Shown here: positions 10,263 through 22,898 of the stretch, piece after piece
Numbering within the stretch: the stretch's first letter is position 1
How the letters are laid out: each line of letters starts with the position of its first letter
Source: an uncultured beta proteobacterium
GTDB taxonomy: Bacteria; Pseudomonadota; Gammaproteobacteria; Burkholderiales; Thiobacillaceae
Length of the DNA: 64,000 nucleotides
Direction of reading: 5' to 3'
Assembly: GCA_963726485.1 (NCBI GenBank)
Contig: CAVSCL010000011.1
Location: 38,966-102,965 of the forward strand
Notes under the pieces: model-generated
What the model was told of the DNA's origin: nothing
The model's database searches: none
The model's input: the letters and a program-made list of their open reading frames with translations, nothing else
Translations under genes and position numbers: made by a program

Positions 10263-10475
10263 ATGGGTAGCTTGAGCATCTGGCATTGGCTGATTGTACT
10301 GGTCATAGTGCTGCTGGTTTTCGGTACCAAAAAACTGCGTAACATCGGCAGCGATTTGGGTGGCGCAGTGAAAGGCTTCAAGGAAGGCATGAAGGAAGAC
10401 TCGCCCAAGTTGAACGAAAGCGCCGAGCAAGGCCGCACCATCGACGCAGAAGTGAAAGACAAACAACACTCCTGA
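10263..10475 (+). CDS. tatA: Twin-arginine translocase TatA
   Basis: [27 protein letters not shown]. Confidence 0.96.
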   Translation: MGSLSIWHWLIVLVIVLLVFGTKKLRNIGSDLGGAVKGFKEGMKEDSPKLNESAEQGRTIDAEVKDKQHS

Positions 10476-10588
10476 TTCCGGTGATGGATGACGCTGATGG
10501 TTTACCTATTATGGGAAGCCCTAGTTTGGCCATGCCAGTTCAAGCCCGATGACGAATTTTTTAAGGCTCCGTTGCGCCTCAGCTAAAC

Positions 10589-11074
10589 ATGTTTGATATC
10601 GGTTTCTCCGAACTCCTTGTCATCGGTGTCGTGGCGCTCATCGTCATCGGTCCAGAGCGACTGCCCAAGGTCGCGCGCACGGCGGGGCATTTGCTTGGAC
10701 GCTTCCAGCGTTATGCCTCCAGCGTCAAGAACGACATCAGTCGCGAGATGCAGATGGACGAGTTGCGTAAGGCAGGACAGAGCTTTAGAGAGTCTGTCGA
10801 ATCCGCCGCCAGCGGGGTCGAGAGCCAGGCAACGGTGGTGGATGATTATCTGAAGACAGAAGCCGGCCATGTGAACAAAGTGCTGGCGGCGATGGCCGTA
10901 ACCGAAGGCGAAAACCCGGTCACGGAGCGGGTAATGACTCAATTGGCAGGTGAAGCCGAGCCTCAGCAAGAACGTGTGCCTGATGCACAGCAAAGCCTTG
11001 ATCTCGACGCGCCACCCGCCACCGTCGTTGAATACGCCAACCCGGTTCACTCGAAGCCGGATTCTTCTGCATGA
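10589..11074 (+). CDS. tatB: Twin-arginine translocase TatB
   Basis: MFDIGFSEL..GPERLP. Confidence 0.96.
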   Translation: MFDIGFSELLVIGVVALIVIGPERLPKVARTAGHLLGRFQRYASSVKNDISREMQMDELRKAGQSFRESVESAASGVESQATVVDDYLKTEAGHVNKVLAAMAVTEGENPVTERVMTQLAGEAEPQQERVPDAQQSLDLDAPPATVVEYANPVHSKPDSSA

Positions 11075-11889
11075 GCGAGCAAGACGCCTCTCAGGAGTCT
11101 TTTATTTCCCATCTGATTGAACTGCGCGACCGCTTGTTGCGCGCAGTGTTGGCGGTGGTGATCTTGTTTATCGCGCTGTTTAACTGGTCACAGGATTTAT
11201 ACGCACTGCTGGCCAAGCCCTTGCTGAAAGCTCTGCCCAAGGGCGGGCAGATGATCGCCACCGAAGTCACTACGCCCTTCCTCGTTCCGATCAAGGTGAC
11301 GATGATGACCGCGTTCCTGATTGCACTGCCCTATATCCTTTATCAGGCTTGGTCATTTATTGCACCGGGCTTGTACAAACATGAAAAGCGTTTGGGGATT
11401 CCGCTCGTGATTGCCAGCGTGATTCTGTTCCTGACCGGTATGGCCTTTGCCTACTTCCTGGTATTCCCGGTGGTCTTTGGCTTCATTGTGAAAGTGGCGC
11501 CAGCGGGTGTGGCGGTGATGACCGACATCGGCAAATACTTGGATTTTGTGTTGACGCTGTTCATCGCCTTTGGCGTGACCTTTGAAGTGCCGATTGTGGT
11601 GATCCTGCTGGTCAAGATGGGGATAGTCAGCGTCGAAAAATTACGCGAGATTCGACCCTACGTTATTGTCGGAGCTTTTGTGATCGGCGCCATCTTTACC
11701 CCGCCGGATGTTATCTCTCAGACCATGCTGGCTGTTCCCCTCTGGTTGCTTTATGAGGCCGGCATCTTGGTTTCGGCTCTGCTGATCAAACCCCGACCCG
11801 AGCCCGTTCCAGACTTTCAGCCCATGTCCGGGGATGAAATGGATGCGGAGCTTGACCGAATCGAATCTGAACAACTCACAAAAAAGTAA
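11071..11889 (+). CDS. tatC: Twin-arginine translocase TatC
   Basis: HLIELRDRL, FIAPGLY, FEVP, TPPDVISQ. Confidence 0.97.
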   Translation: MSEQDASQESFISHLIELRDRLLRAVLAVVILFIALFNWSQDLYALLAKPLLKALPKGGQMIATEVTTPFLVPIKVTMMTAFLIALPYILYQAWSFIAPGLYKHEKRLGIPLVIASVILFLTGMAFAYFLVFPVVFGFIVKVAPAGVAVMTDIGKYLDFVLTLFIAFGVTFEVPIVVILLVKMGIVSVEKLREIRPYVIVGAFVIGAIFTPPDVISQTMLAVPLWLLYEAGILVSALLIKPRPEPVPDFQPMSGDEMDAELDRIESEQLTKK

Positions 11890-11890
11890 T

Positions 11891-11991
11891 TGCACGAATT
11901 AGGTGCGAAAATTAGGACAATGCACGATACAGTTTCGTATTCGATTATTTACTTGGCAAACAATAAGTTGTGTTACTGGAACAAATATTGC
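11891..11991 (+). promoter_or_regulatory. Putative NtrC-activated sigma54 promoter of amt
   Basis: TGCACG-N5-GGTGCG (11891-11907), weaker TGCACG site at 11921, IHF-like AAACAATAAGTTG (11958-11970), TGGAAC-N5-TTGC with GG-N10-GC spacing (11977-11991). Confidence 0.75.
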
Positions 11992-12032
11992 GTATGGTGT
12001 TCCCGATTCAATATCAATGAGTGGGGAAACGT

Positions 12033-13235
12033 ATGGACACCTTGAAGCAAGGCAGTGATGTTCTGTTCGTATTGCTGGGTGCAATCTTGGTGCTGGCCAT
12101 GCATGCAGGGTTTGCATTTCTGGAACTGGGCACCGTGCGCAAGAAAAACCAGGTGAATGCGCTGGTTAAAATCCTGACCGATTTTTGCGTTTCCACCATC
12201 GCCTATTTTTTCATCGGCTACAGCATCGCCTATGGCGTCAGTTTTTATTCCGGTGCCGAGACGCTCGCCGCAAAAAATGGCTACGATCTGGTCAAGTTCT
12301 TTTTTCTGCTGACTTTTGCCGCCGCCATTCCCGCCATCGTCTCCGGCGGCATCGCCGAACGCGCCCGCTTCAATCCGCAACTCGCTGCCACCTTTGCACT
12401 GGTCGGTTTCGTCTATCCTTTCTTCGAGGGCATCACCTGGAACGGCAACTACGGCATTCAGGACTGGCTTTCGGCCAGCTTCGGCGCCAAATTCCATGAC
12501 TTCGCCGGTTCGGTCGTCGTTCATGCGGTCGGCGGCTGGGCCGCACTGTCTGCGGTCATTCTGCTCGGCGCGCGCCGGGGCCGCTACACCAAAGACGGCA
12601 TGATCTCGGCCCACCCGCCTTCCAACATCCCCTTCCTCGCACTGGGCGCCTGGATACTCACCGTCGGCTGGTTCGGTTTCAATGTCATGTCCGCGCAGTT
12701 GATCGATGCCGTTTCCGGCCTCGTCGCCGTCAACTCGCTCATGGCCATGGTCGGCGGTACGCTGGCAGCGCTGGTAGCAGGTCGCAACGACCCCGGCTTC
12801 ATCCACAACGGCCCGCTTGCCGGGCTGGTGGCCGTATGCGCAGGCTCCGACCTCATGCATCCCCTCGGCGCGCTCGCCACCGGGATTGTCGCAGGTGCCT
12901 TGTTCGTCTGGATGTTCACCATCACCCAGAATAAATGGAAAATCGACGATGTCCTCGGTGTCTGGCCGCTGCATGGCCTGTGCGGCGCCTGGGGCGGCAT
13001 CGCGGCGGGCATTTTCGGCGCCAGGGCGCTGGGCGGTATTGGCGGCGTGAACTTCGCTGCGCAAGTGATCGGCACCTTGGGGGGGATCACCGTTGCCCTG
13101 ATAGGCGGGGCTGTTGTTTATGGGACGCTCAAAGCCATCATCGGCATCCGCCTCGACCCCGAAGAGGAATTCAACGGCGCCGACCTCAGCATTCACAAAG
13201 TTTCCGCCACTGCCGAACGCGAAACCAGCTGGTAA
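12033..13235 (+). CDS. amt: Ammonium transporter (Amt family)
   Basis: GFAFLELG, SGGIAER, HDFAGSVVVH, GWFGFN, DDVLGVWPLHG (twin His). Confidence 0.94.
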   Translation: MDTLKQGSDVLFVLLGAILVLAMHAGFAFLELGTVRKKNQVNALVKILTDFCVSTIAYFFIGYSIAYGVSFYSGAETLAAKNGYDLVKFFFLLTFAAAIPAIVSGGIAERARFNPQLAATFALVGFVYPFFEGITWNGNYGIQDWLSASFGAKFHDFAGSVVVHAVGGWAALSAVILLGARRGRYTKDGMISAHPPSNIPFLALGAWILTVGWFGFNVMSAQLIDAVSGLVAVNSLMAMVGGTLAALVAGRNDPGFIHNGPLAGLVAVCAGSDLMHPLGALATGIVAGALFVWMFTITQNKWKIDDVLGVWPLHGLCGAWGGIAAGIFGARALGGIGGVNFAAQVIGTLGGITVALIGGAVVYGTLKAIIGIRLDPEEEFNGADLSIHKVSATAERETSW

Positions 13236-13318
13236 TACAACCCATTGCCGTTTCAAGCATAAGAAAACGGCTTTGTATCGACAGACCCACGGCGTTTCGG
13301 TTATGATGCGCACCGCTT

Positions 13319-13395
13319 AGGCGCGTAGCTCAGCTGGTTAGAGCACCACCTTGACATGGTGGGGGTCGTTGGTTCGAGTCCAATCGCGCCTACCA
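13319..13395 (+). tRNA. tRNA-Val(GAC)
   Basis: Cloverleaf: AGGCGCG/CGCGCCT acceptor, anticodon stem CCACC-TTGACAT-GGTGG, GGTTCGAGTCC, CCA end. Confidence 0.97.
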
Positions 13396-13552
13396 ATTTC
13401 CAGGGCCGGGATGACTGGAGATGCGGTGCTGATGCGGTGATTCCGTGATTTAACTATTGAGACTGCACGATATAGTTTGAATATGACGGCCAGAAACGGC
13501 TTGTTTGGCTTCGCGCAGCGCAGTCACGCCGTCTCGATTCCAGACTAAATTA

Positions 13553-13577
13553 AAATGCGGCTCCAGCCGCATTTTTT
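13553..13577 (+). terminator. Intrinsic terminator-like hairpin between tRNA-Val and thrS
   Basis: AAATGCGGCT-CC-AGCCGCATTT followed by a T run. Confidence 0.55.
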
Positions 13578-13593
13578 GTTTGCGAGAATAGCG

Positions 13594-15502
13594 ATGCCTG
13601 TCATTACTTTACCCGATCAATCCCAGCGCCGGTTTGACCGGCCGGTTAGCGTGCATGAGGTCGCCGCGTCTATCGGGGCGGGGCTGGCGCGGGCGGCGCT
13701 GGCGGGGAGGGTGAATGGCGCGCTGGTCGATACTTCGTTCGTCATTTCGGAAGATGCGCAACTGGCGATTATCACCGACAAGGATGCCGATGGGCTGGAC
13801 ATGATCCGCCATTCTGCCGCGCATTTGCTGGCCTATGCGGTAAAGCAACTGTTCCCAGAGGCACAGGTGACGATCGGCCCGGTGATCGAGGACGGTTTTT
13901 ATTACGATTTTTCGTACAAGCGACCGTTTACGCCGGAAGACCTCGAAGCCATCGAAAAGAAAATGACCGAACTGGCGAAGCAAGACATTCCAGTTACGCG
14001 CATGGTGATGCCGCGCGACGAGGCGGTATCGTTCTTCAAGGAAATGGGCGAGCACTACAAGGCGGAGATCATTGCCGGCATTCCTTCAGGACAGGAGATT
14101 TCGCTCTACCGCGAAGGCGATTTCATCGACCTGTGCCGCGGGCCGCACGTACCCTCAACCGGCAAGCTCAAAGTCTTCAAGCTGATGAAGGTGGCCGGGG
14201 CATACTGGCGTGGCGACTCAAAAAACGAAATGTTGCAGCGCATTTACGGGACGGCCTGGGCTTCGAGACAGGATCTTGACGCTTATTTGTTCCGGCTGGA
14301 AGAAGCGGAGAAGCGCGATCACCGCAAACTGGGCCGGCTGCTCGATTTGTTCCACGCGCAGGACGAATCGCCGGGCATGGTGTTCTGGCATCCCAAGGGC
14401 TGGGTTCTGTGGCAGGAAGTCGAGCAGTACATGCGCGGCAAGTTCACCGATTACGGGTATCAGGAAGTGAAAACGCCAACGATGATGGATCGTTCGCTGT
14501 GGGAAAAATCCGGCCACTGGGAAAACTACCGTGAGAACATGTTCACCACTTCGTCGGAAAATCGCGACTACGCGGTGAAGCCGATGAACTGTCCGGGGCA
14601 TGTGCAGATTTTCAATCACACGCGGCATAGCTACCGTGAACTGCCGCTGCGTCTGGCCGAGTTCGGCTCATGTCACCGTAACGAGCCGTCCGGCGCGCTG
14701 CACGGTCTGATGCGTGTACGTGCCTTTACCCAGGACGATGCGCATATTTTCTGCACCGAAGAACAGGTGCAGGCCGAGGTGGCGGACTTCATTGTCATGC
14801 TTCAGAAAGTCTATGCGGACTTCGGCTTCAATGAAGTGCTGGTGAAGCTGTCCACGCGGCCAGTCAAACGGGTCGGAACGGATGATACCTGGGACAAGGC
14901 GGAAGCGGCTCTGGCGGCCGCGCTCACACAGAACAGCCTGGCCTACGACCTGCAACCGGGCGAGGGCGCGTTCTACGGCCCCAAGATCGAATTCACCCTG
15001 AAGGACTCGCTGGGGCGCCTGTGGCAATGCGGTACCATCCAGCTCGACTTCAACCTGCCGGTGCTTCTGGGCGCGGAATATTGTCGGCGAAGATAATCAG
15101 CCGCACACCCCGGTGATGCTGCATCGCGCGATTCTCGGTTCACTGGAACGCTTCATCGGTATTCTTGTGGAGCACCACGCCGGAAACTTCCCGCTGTGGC
15201 TGGCGCCAGTGCAGGTGATGGTGATGAATATCAGTGAGCGTCAGGCTGAATATGCGGAAAAAGTCACACAAGCGCTGCGAAAAGCGGGAATCCGTGCGGC
15301 GTCGGACTTGAGTAATAATAAAATTACCTATAAAATTCGCGAACATAGCTTGCAAAAGCTGCCTTATCAGGTGGTGGTGGGCGACAAGGAAATGGAGGCC
15401 GGCGTGGTCGCCGTCCGTGTCCGCGGCAACCAGGATATAGGGCAGCGCGGCGTGGAAGATTTCATTGCCCGGTTAAAAGCGGAAGTGCAAAACCGGCAGT
15501 AG
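13594..15502 (+). CDS. thrS: Threonyl-tRNA synthetase; apparent +1 frameshift near 15081
   Basis: [36 protein letters not shown], then [11 protein letters not shown] and the anticodon domain in a shifted frame. Confidence 0.96.
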
Positions 15503-15593
15503 GACGGCCAAACGAGGAGCGGGAAGATGCCGCTCCTCCGTTTATTTTTGTCTTGGCGTTTTCGCGCCAGGACTGTTATTTGGAGTACGACTC

Positions 15594-16122
15594 ATCGCGA
15601 CGGATAAAGCAGACACGTATCAACGGGGAAATTACAGGAACCGAGGTGCGTTTGGTAGGAGTGGATTCGGAACAGTTGGGCATCGTTAAGGTCTACGATG
15701 CTTTGCGTATGGCAGAAGAAGCGGATCTGGATCTGGTGGAGATTGCTCCCCAAGCTCAACCGCCCGTATGCCGTCTCATGGACTACGGCAAGTTCAAGTA
15801 CCAGGAGAGCAAAAAGCTGCATGAAGCCAAGCTCAAGCAGAAGCAGGTCCAGATCAAGGAAATCAAATTTCGCCCGGGCACGGACGAAGGCGATTACCAG
15901 ATCAAGCTGCGCAATCTGATCAAGTTTCTGGAGGAAGGCGACAAGACCAAGATCACGCTGCGTTTCCGGGGTCGTGAAATGGCCCACCAGGAAATCGGCA
16001 TGGCGCAGTTGAAGCGGGTTGAAGCCGATCTGGCCGAACATGCGGTAGTCGAGCAGTTTCCCAAGATGGAAGGCCGTCAGCTGGTGATGATGCTGGCGCC
16101 CAAAAAGAAGACCAAGGTTTAG
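15594..16122 (+). CDS. infC: Translation initiation factor IF-3 (non-AUG start; probable +1 error near 15606)
   Basis: [32 protein letters not shown]; no ATG, but ATC at 15594 lies 8 nt after GGAG. Confidence 0.93.
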
Positions 16123-16226
16123 AGACCGGCGTTTCTCCGAGAACGCCAAATAAGTGTGGCCGGGTTTGTAAAGCATTCCGTACCTTGGGATCACCTGGGT
16201 TGCATGAGACAAAAAAGGAAGTCGTT

Positions 16227-16425
16227 ATGCCCAAGATGAAAAGCAAAAGCGGCGCCGCCAAGCGGTTCCGTGCGCTGGGCAGTGGCGAAGTTCAAGCGTT
16301 CCCACGCGTTCATGCGTCATATTCTCACCAAGAAAAGCACCAAGCGTAAGCGTCAGTTGCGCGGCATGGAAACAGTCAATGCCAGCAACCACAAAGAAGT
16401 TGCGCGCATGTTGCCCTACGCATAA
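16227..16425 (+). CDS. rpmI: 50S ribosomal protein L35; apparent +1 frameshift near 16287
   Basis: [14 protein letters not shown]...[25 protein letters not shown]...MLPYA; span 199 nt, one more than 66 codons. Confidence 0.93.
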
Positions 16426-16437
16426 AGGAGAGACGAC

Positions 16438-17915
<1,478 letters not shown>

Positions 17916-17927
17916 GGCGGATGAATC

Positions 17928-20282
17928 ATGCAATTTTCTGAAGCCTGGCTGCGCAGTCTCGTTAATCCCGCGCTTGACACGTCTCAGCTCGCTCACATCC
18001 TGACCATGGCGGGACTGGAAGTTGAGGCGCTCACCCCCGCCGCACCGCCATTTCACAATGTGGTGGTGGCGGAAATTCTCTCGGTAGAAAAGCACCCCGA
18101 TGCAGACCGCCTGCGCGTGTGCCGGGTCGATGTGGGTGAAACATCGCCTGTGACCATCGTGTGCGGCGCGCCGAACGCGGAGGGCGGCCTCAAGGTGCCG
18201 TGTGCCCGCCCCGGGGCTGATTTGCCGGGCATCGAAATCAAGGTGGCGAAAGTGCGCGGGATCGAGTCGTTCGGCATGTTGTGCTCGACCAAGGAACTGG
18301 GACTGGCGGGGGAAGCTGACGGACTGATGGTGTTGGATGCGGACGCGCCCGTGGGCGAGGATTTCCGCACTTATCTGAACTTGAATGACACGCTGGTCAC
18401 GCTCAAGCTCACCCCCAACCGCGCAGACTGCCTGTCTATTCAGGGACTGGCACGCGAGATCGGCGCGATTACCGCAACCGAAGCACGCTTGCCGGGCATC
18501 ACGGAGATCGCCAGCGAAATCGGCGATACCTTGCCCGTGCGCGTATCCGTCCCGGAAGCCTGTCCGCTATATGTGGGTAGGGTGGTGCGCGGCATCGATG
18601 CGCAGGCCGCTACGCCCCGCTGGATGACCGAGCGTCTGGAGCGCAGCGGCATCCGCCCGATCTGCGCACCGGTCGATATCACCAACTATGTCATGCTCGA
18701 ACTCGGCCAGCCCATGCACGCGTTTGCTTTGTCGCGTTTGCATGGCGGTATCGACGTGCGTATGGCTCGTGAGGGCGAGCGCCTGGAATTGTTGAATGGT
18801 CAGACTGCGGAACTCGCGTCCGACATGCTGGTGATTGCAGACGATAACGGCCCGGTGGCCTTGGCGGGCATCATGGGTGGGAAGCCGAGCAGCGTGGAGC
18901 GCTTCACCGTCGATGTGTTTCTCGAAGCCGCTTTCTTCGCGCCTGCCGCGATCGCTGGACGGGCGCGGCGGCTTGGACTGGCCACGGATTCCTCGCATCG
19001 TTTCGAGCGCGGGGTGGACTTTGGCGCAAGCAGAAATGCCATGCAACGCGCCACGCAGCTTTTGACCGACATCTGCGGCGGCCGTGCCGGACCGATTGTC
19101 GAGTGCGCGGAGAATCTGCCGCAACGCAATCCGATAGCTTTGCGCCTCGCACGTCTCAAGCGAGTGGTGGGCATTGAGATGGATGCCGACAAGGTCACAC
19201 GCGATCTGGTCGCACTGGGGGCAAAAGTGGAACGGCAGGGCGAAAGCCTGATCGTGACTCCGCCGAGTTTCCGCTTCGACCTCGCTATCGAAGAAGACCT
19301 GATAGAAGAAGCGGTGCGCTTGTTTGGCTATGACAACATCCCGGCCCAGCCGCCGGCAGCGCCATCTGTCATGTTGCAGGAGGCTGAAACGCGGCTTGCT
19401 GACGACTCCTTGCGTCACGCGCTGGTCAACCTCGACTATCAGGAAGTCATCACCTACAGTTTTGTCGATCCGGCCTGGGAAGCCACGCTGCTGGGCAACG
19501 CCACGCCATTGGCACTGGTCAATCCGATCGCCAGCCAGTTATCGGTGATGCGTACCTCGCTCTGGGGTGGACTGATCGAGACGCTGCGCCACAATCTGAA
19601 TCGCCAGCAGGATCGGGTGCGCATTTTCGAACTGGGTCGGGTGTATTTGAGTGACGCAGGCAAACTCGATCAACCCATGCGCCTGGGTGGGCTGGCGTTT
19701 GGCAACGCGACTCCCGAGCAATGGGGCAGCACGGCGCGACGTGCAGATTTCTTTGATGTCAAAGGCGACATTGAGCGCTTGTTTGCAGGTAAGTTCGACG
19801 CCGTGCGCGGCGAGCATCCAAGCTTGCATCCGGGGCAGTCGGCGCAACTCGTTCGCAATGGCAGGTGCATTGGCTGGATGGGGGCGCTGCATCCGCGCCT
19901 GGTGCAGGAACTGGACTTGCCGGCGCCTCCGGTGCTGTTTGAACTCGATGTTGATGCAATATCCGGCCTGGCGCTGCCGCGCCACGCTACGATTTCCCGT
20001 TTTCCGCTGGTGCGGCGTGATCTGGCTTTTGTGATGGATGCCAGTATCCCCGTCGGCGATATAATGGCAGCGCTGCAACAGGCTGCGTCGGCCATTGTTT
20101 CTGACCTCGCCTTGTTCGATCTATACCGTGGCAAAGGCATCGCCGATAACCAAAAAAGCCTTGCATTCCGGGTAGTTATGCAAGATACTGAACGCACCCT
20201 GACGGATGCGGAAGTGGAGGACGCAATGGCCAAACTGGCCGACGCGGTGATCCGTCAATTCAAAGCGACGCTGCGTGCATAG
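17928..20282 (+). CDS. pheT: Phenylalanyl-tRNA synthetase beta subunit
   Basis: [30 protein letters not shown]-terminal FDX-ACB domain. Confidence 0.98.
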   Translation: MQFSEAWLRSLVNPALDTSQLAHILTMAGLEVEALTPAAPPFHNVVVAEILSVEKHPDADRLRVCRVDVGETSPVTIVCGAPNAEGGLKVPCARPGADLPGIEIKVAKVRGIESFGMLCSTKELGLAGEADGLMVLDADAPVGEDFRTYLNLNDTLVTLKLTPNRADCLSIQGLAREIGAITATEARLPGITEIASEIGDTLPVRVSVPEACPLYVGRVVRGIDAQAATPRWMTERLERSGIRPICAPVDITNYVMLELGQPMHAFALSRLHGGIDVRMAREGERLELLNGQTAELASDMLVIADDNGPVALAGIMGGKPSSVERFTVDVFLEAAFFAPAAIAGRARRLGLATDSSHRFERGVDFGASRNAMQRATQLLTDICGGRAGPIVECAENLPQRNPIALRLARLKRVVGIEMDADKVTRDLVALGAKVERQGESLIVTPPSFRFDLAIEEDLIEEAVRLFGYDNIPAQPPAAPSVMLQEAETRLADDSLRHALVNLDYQEVITYSFVDPAWEATLLGNATPLALVNPIASQLSVMRTSLWGGLIETLRHNLNRQQDRVRIFELGRVYLSDAGKLDQPMRLGGLAFGNATPEQWGSTARRADFFDVKGDIERLFAGKFDAVRGEHPSLHPGQSAQLVRNGRCIGWMGALHPRLVQELDLPAPPVLFELDVDAISGLALPRHATISRFPLVRRDLAFVMDASIPVGDIMAALQQAASAIVSDLALFDLYRGKGIADNQKSLAFRVVMQDTERTLTDAEVEDAMAKLADAVIRQFKATLRA

Positions 20283-20323
20283 CGTCCCAACGGGCAAAAG
20301 AATTCGCGGGCATAACAAGCATC

Positions 20324-20635
20324 ATGACAACCCTGACCAAAGCTGATCTGGCTGAAATGCTGTTTGATAAAGTGGGTTTCAACAAACGCGAAGCCAAGGA
20401 CATCGTGGAATCCTTTTTCGATGAAATCCGCAATGCTCTGGAGCAGGGCGACATCGTCAAACTGTCCGGCTTTGGCAACTTCCAGTGCCGGGAAAAACCC
20501 CAGCGTCCTGGACGCAATCCGAAAACCGGCGAAGAAATGCCCATTTCCGCGCGCCGCGTCGTCACTTTTCACGCAAGTCAGAAGCTGAAATCTCAGGTAG
20601 AAGGCGCAAACCTTGGAACTCCAGACCCGGAGTGA
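20324..20635 (+). CDS. ihfA: Integration host factor alpha
   Basis: [32 protein letters not shown]; follows pheT. Confidence 0.97.
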   Translation: MTTLTKADLAEMLFDKVGFNKREAKDIVESFFDEIRNALEQGDIVKLSGFGNFQCREKPQRPGRNPKTGEEMPISARRVVTFHASQKLKSQVEGANLGTPDPE

Positions 20636-20975
20636 GTTGCCGCCGATTCCGGCAAAGCGCTACTTCACCATTGGCGAAGTATCCGAGTTGTGTGCGGTCA
20701 AGGCGCACGTGTTGCGTTACTGGGAACAGGAGTTCACCCAACTGCGCCCGATCAAGCGGCGCGGTAATCGGCGTTATTATCAGCATCACGAAGTGCTGCT
20801 GATCCGGCACATCCGCCAATTGCTATACGAAGAAGGCTTCACCATCAGCGGCGCGCGTCAGCGTCTCGAAAATGCGCAAGAATCCGGCATACCGCCTTCC
20901 TCATCCCGTCCTGCATCGGGTGCGCACGGACTGCGCGAAGAACTCGGCGCGATCCTGAAAATTTTGACGCAATAA
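20613..20975 (+). CDS. MerR-family transcriptional regulator
   Basis: [27 protein letters not shown]; typical position after ihfA; start uncertain. Confidence 0.9.
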   Translation: MELQTRSELPPIPAKRYFTIGEVSELCAVKAHVLRYWEQEFTQLRPIKRRGNRRYYQHHEVLLIRHIRQLLYEEGFTISGARQRLENAQESGIPPSSSRPASGAHGLREELGAILKILTQ

Positions 20976-21019
20976 GCTTTCTCGCCGTGCCCGTCCTCTG
21001 GTAGAATCGCGGGCTTCGT

Positions 21020-21096
21020 CGGGGCGTAGCGCAGCCTGGTAGCGCACCTGCATGGGGTGCAGGGGGTCGGAAGTTCGAATCTTCTCGCCCCGACCA
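21020..21096 (+). tRNA. tRNA-Pro(GGG)
   Basis: CGGGGCG/CGCCCCG acceptor, CCTGC-ATGGGGT-GCAGG anticodon arm, TTCGAAT, CCA end. Confidence 0.97.
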
Positions 21097-21489
21097 ATTC
21101 TCCCTATACCAGGACATCGCAATCGGTTGCGCAAAGATATCAAGTTATCAGGGTGGCACGCTTTAACTTGAAACAACATATTTTTCTCGGCACGAACAAT
21201 GTTTCAGGCGATTATTGAGCCGCCTCGATAACAGACCGAGGTTGAATGTTGTCGATTCCGTATTTGCCAGGCATTGCATGCTTTTCGATAAATCGAAATG
21301 CCAGAGCCTGGTTCAGGTTCAATGATGCCGAACCGATCCGTTGGCCGCGCGAATTTTGAAACATCCGGGGAAACATCCGGGTTAAAATCGCCGCATGTTT
21401 GCGCATCATGCATCGCCCTTCCTGACACCGATCTTTAGCCGGAATCGCGCGACTGCCGGTGCGTCTCGTTCCATGCCGGGCGGCTCCTG

Positions 21490-22233
21490 ATGCGTATCCT
21501 TCTTTCCAACGACGATGGCTATTTCGCACCGGGTCTGGCTGCGCTGGCCAAGGCCTTGCAACCCCTTGCCGACATTACCGTGGTGGCGCCGGAGCGTGAC
21601 CGCAGCGGGGCTTCCAATTCGCTGACGCTGGATCGGCCGCTGATTTTGCGGCAGGCACCGAGTGGTTTTTACTACGTCAACGGCACGCCAACCGATTGTG
21701 TGCATCTCGCGGTGACCGGCATGCTCGATCACTTGCCGGATATGGTTATTTCCGGCATCAACCACGGCGCGAACATGGGCGACGACACCATTTATTCCGG
21801 CACGGTGGCGGCGGCCACCGAGGGCTATCTGCTGGGGATTCCGTCGCTGGCGGTGTCGCTTGCCGATTTCAGGGAAGGGCATTTCGATATGGCAGCACAG
21901 GTGGTGGCGGACTTGGTGCAGCGTATTCAGGCACAACCGCCGGCCGAGCCCATGCTGCTTAATATCAATGTGCCGGATCGCCCTGACGGTCACCTGGCGG
22001 GCGTCGTGGTGACGCGTCTGGGCAAGCGCCACAAGGCTGAATCGGTTGTGAAATCGACCAATCCGCGCGGACAAACGGTATATTGGGTGGGCGCCGCCGG
22101 ACCCGCGCAAGATGCGGGGGTCGGGACGGATTTCCATGCGGTGGCGAATGAGCAGGTATCGATCACGCCTTTGCAAATTGACCTTACCCGATACAACCAG
22201 ATGGATAGTGTGAAGTCGTGGCTGAAGCAGTGA
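21490..22233 (+). CDS. surE: 5'/3'-nucleotidase SurE
   Basis: [32 protein letters not shown]. Confidence 0.97.
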   Translation: MRILLSNDDGYFAPGLAALAKALQPLADITVVAPERDRSGASNSLTLDRPLILRQAPSGFYYVNGTPTDCVHLAVTGMLDHLPDMVISGINHGANMGDDTIYSGTVAAATEGYLLGIPSLAVSLADFREGHFDMAAQVVADLVQRIQAQPPAEPMLLNINVPDRPDGHLAGVVVTRLGKRHKAESVVKSTNPRGQTVYWVGAAGPAQDAGVGTDFHAVANEQVSITPLQIDLTRYNQMDSVKSWLKQ

Positions 22234-22898
22234 ACCCGCGCGCCGGCATTGGCATGACTTCGGCGCGTACGCGCGGCCGGATGCTGGAGCGCCTGCGTGA
22301 ACAGGGCATACGCGACGAAATGGTTCTGGCGGCAATGGGTCTGGTGCCGCGCCATCTGTTTGTCGATCAGGCGCTGGAGAGCCGCGCATACGAGGATACG
22401 GCCCTGCCGATCGGATTTGGTCAGACCATTTCCAGTCCGTATGTGGTGGCGCGTATGTGCGAACTGGCGCGCGAGAGCGAATCGGGACGCGGCCGCGAAT
22501 TGGGACGTGTGCTTGAAATCGGCCTGGGTTGCGGCTATCAGGCCGCGGTGCTGGCGCGCATTGCGCGTGAGGTGATCTCGCTCGAGCGCATCGCCGCGCT
22601 GGTGGGGCGTACCCGCCAACGTCTGCGGGAATTGCGTATCAACAATGTCAAACCCAAGCATGGGGATGGCATGACGGGGCTGAAGGAAATGACACGCTTC
22701 GACGCCATCGTGATTGCGGCGGCGTTTGGCGAAGTGCCGGAGGCACTGAAGCAGCAACTGGCGGAAGGTGGTCGTCTGGTCATGCCGCTGGGCAATGCTT
22801 CGCAAACCCTGTGTGTGGTCGAGCGGCAGGGCGACGCCTTCCATGAGCAACATCTGGAAGTCGTGAAATTTGTGCCTTTGCTGCCCGGAGTAGTATGA
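22230..22898 (+). CDS. pcm: Protein-L-isoaspartate O-methyltransferase
   Basis: [17 protein letters not shown], VLEIGxGCGYQAA, FVPLLPG. Confidence 0.95.
   Translation: MNPRAGIGMTSARTRGRMLERLREQGIRDEMVLAAMGLVPRHLFVDQALESRAYEDTALPIGFGQTISSPYVVARMCELARESESGRGRELGRVLEIGLGCGYQAAVLARIAREVISLERIAALVGRTRQRLRELRINNVKPKHGDGMTGLKEMTRFDAIVIAAAFGEVPEALKQQLAEGGRLVMPLGNASQTLCVVERQGDAFHEQHLEVVKFVPLLPGVV

Noticed and set aside
10476-10588. Small ORF in the 113-bp tatA-tatB gap
   Set aside because: About 30 codons with no recognisable motif; cannot be supported
13396-13593. thrS translational operator or T-box
   Set aside because: Only a terminator-like hairpin is evident; no anticodon-mimic loop or T-box consensus could be identified by eye
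15060-15113. Programmed frameshift in thrS (and rpmI)
   Set aside because: No slippery heptamer or stimulator is evident, and the indels fit the general error pattern
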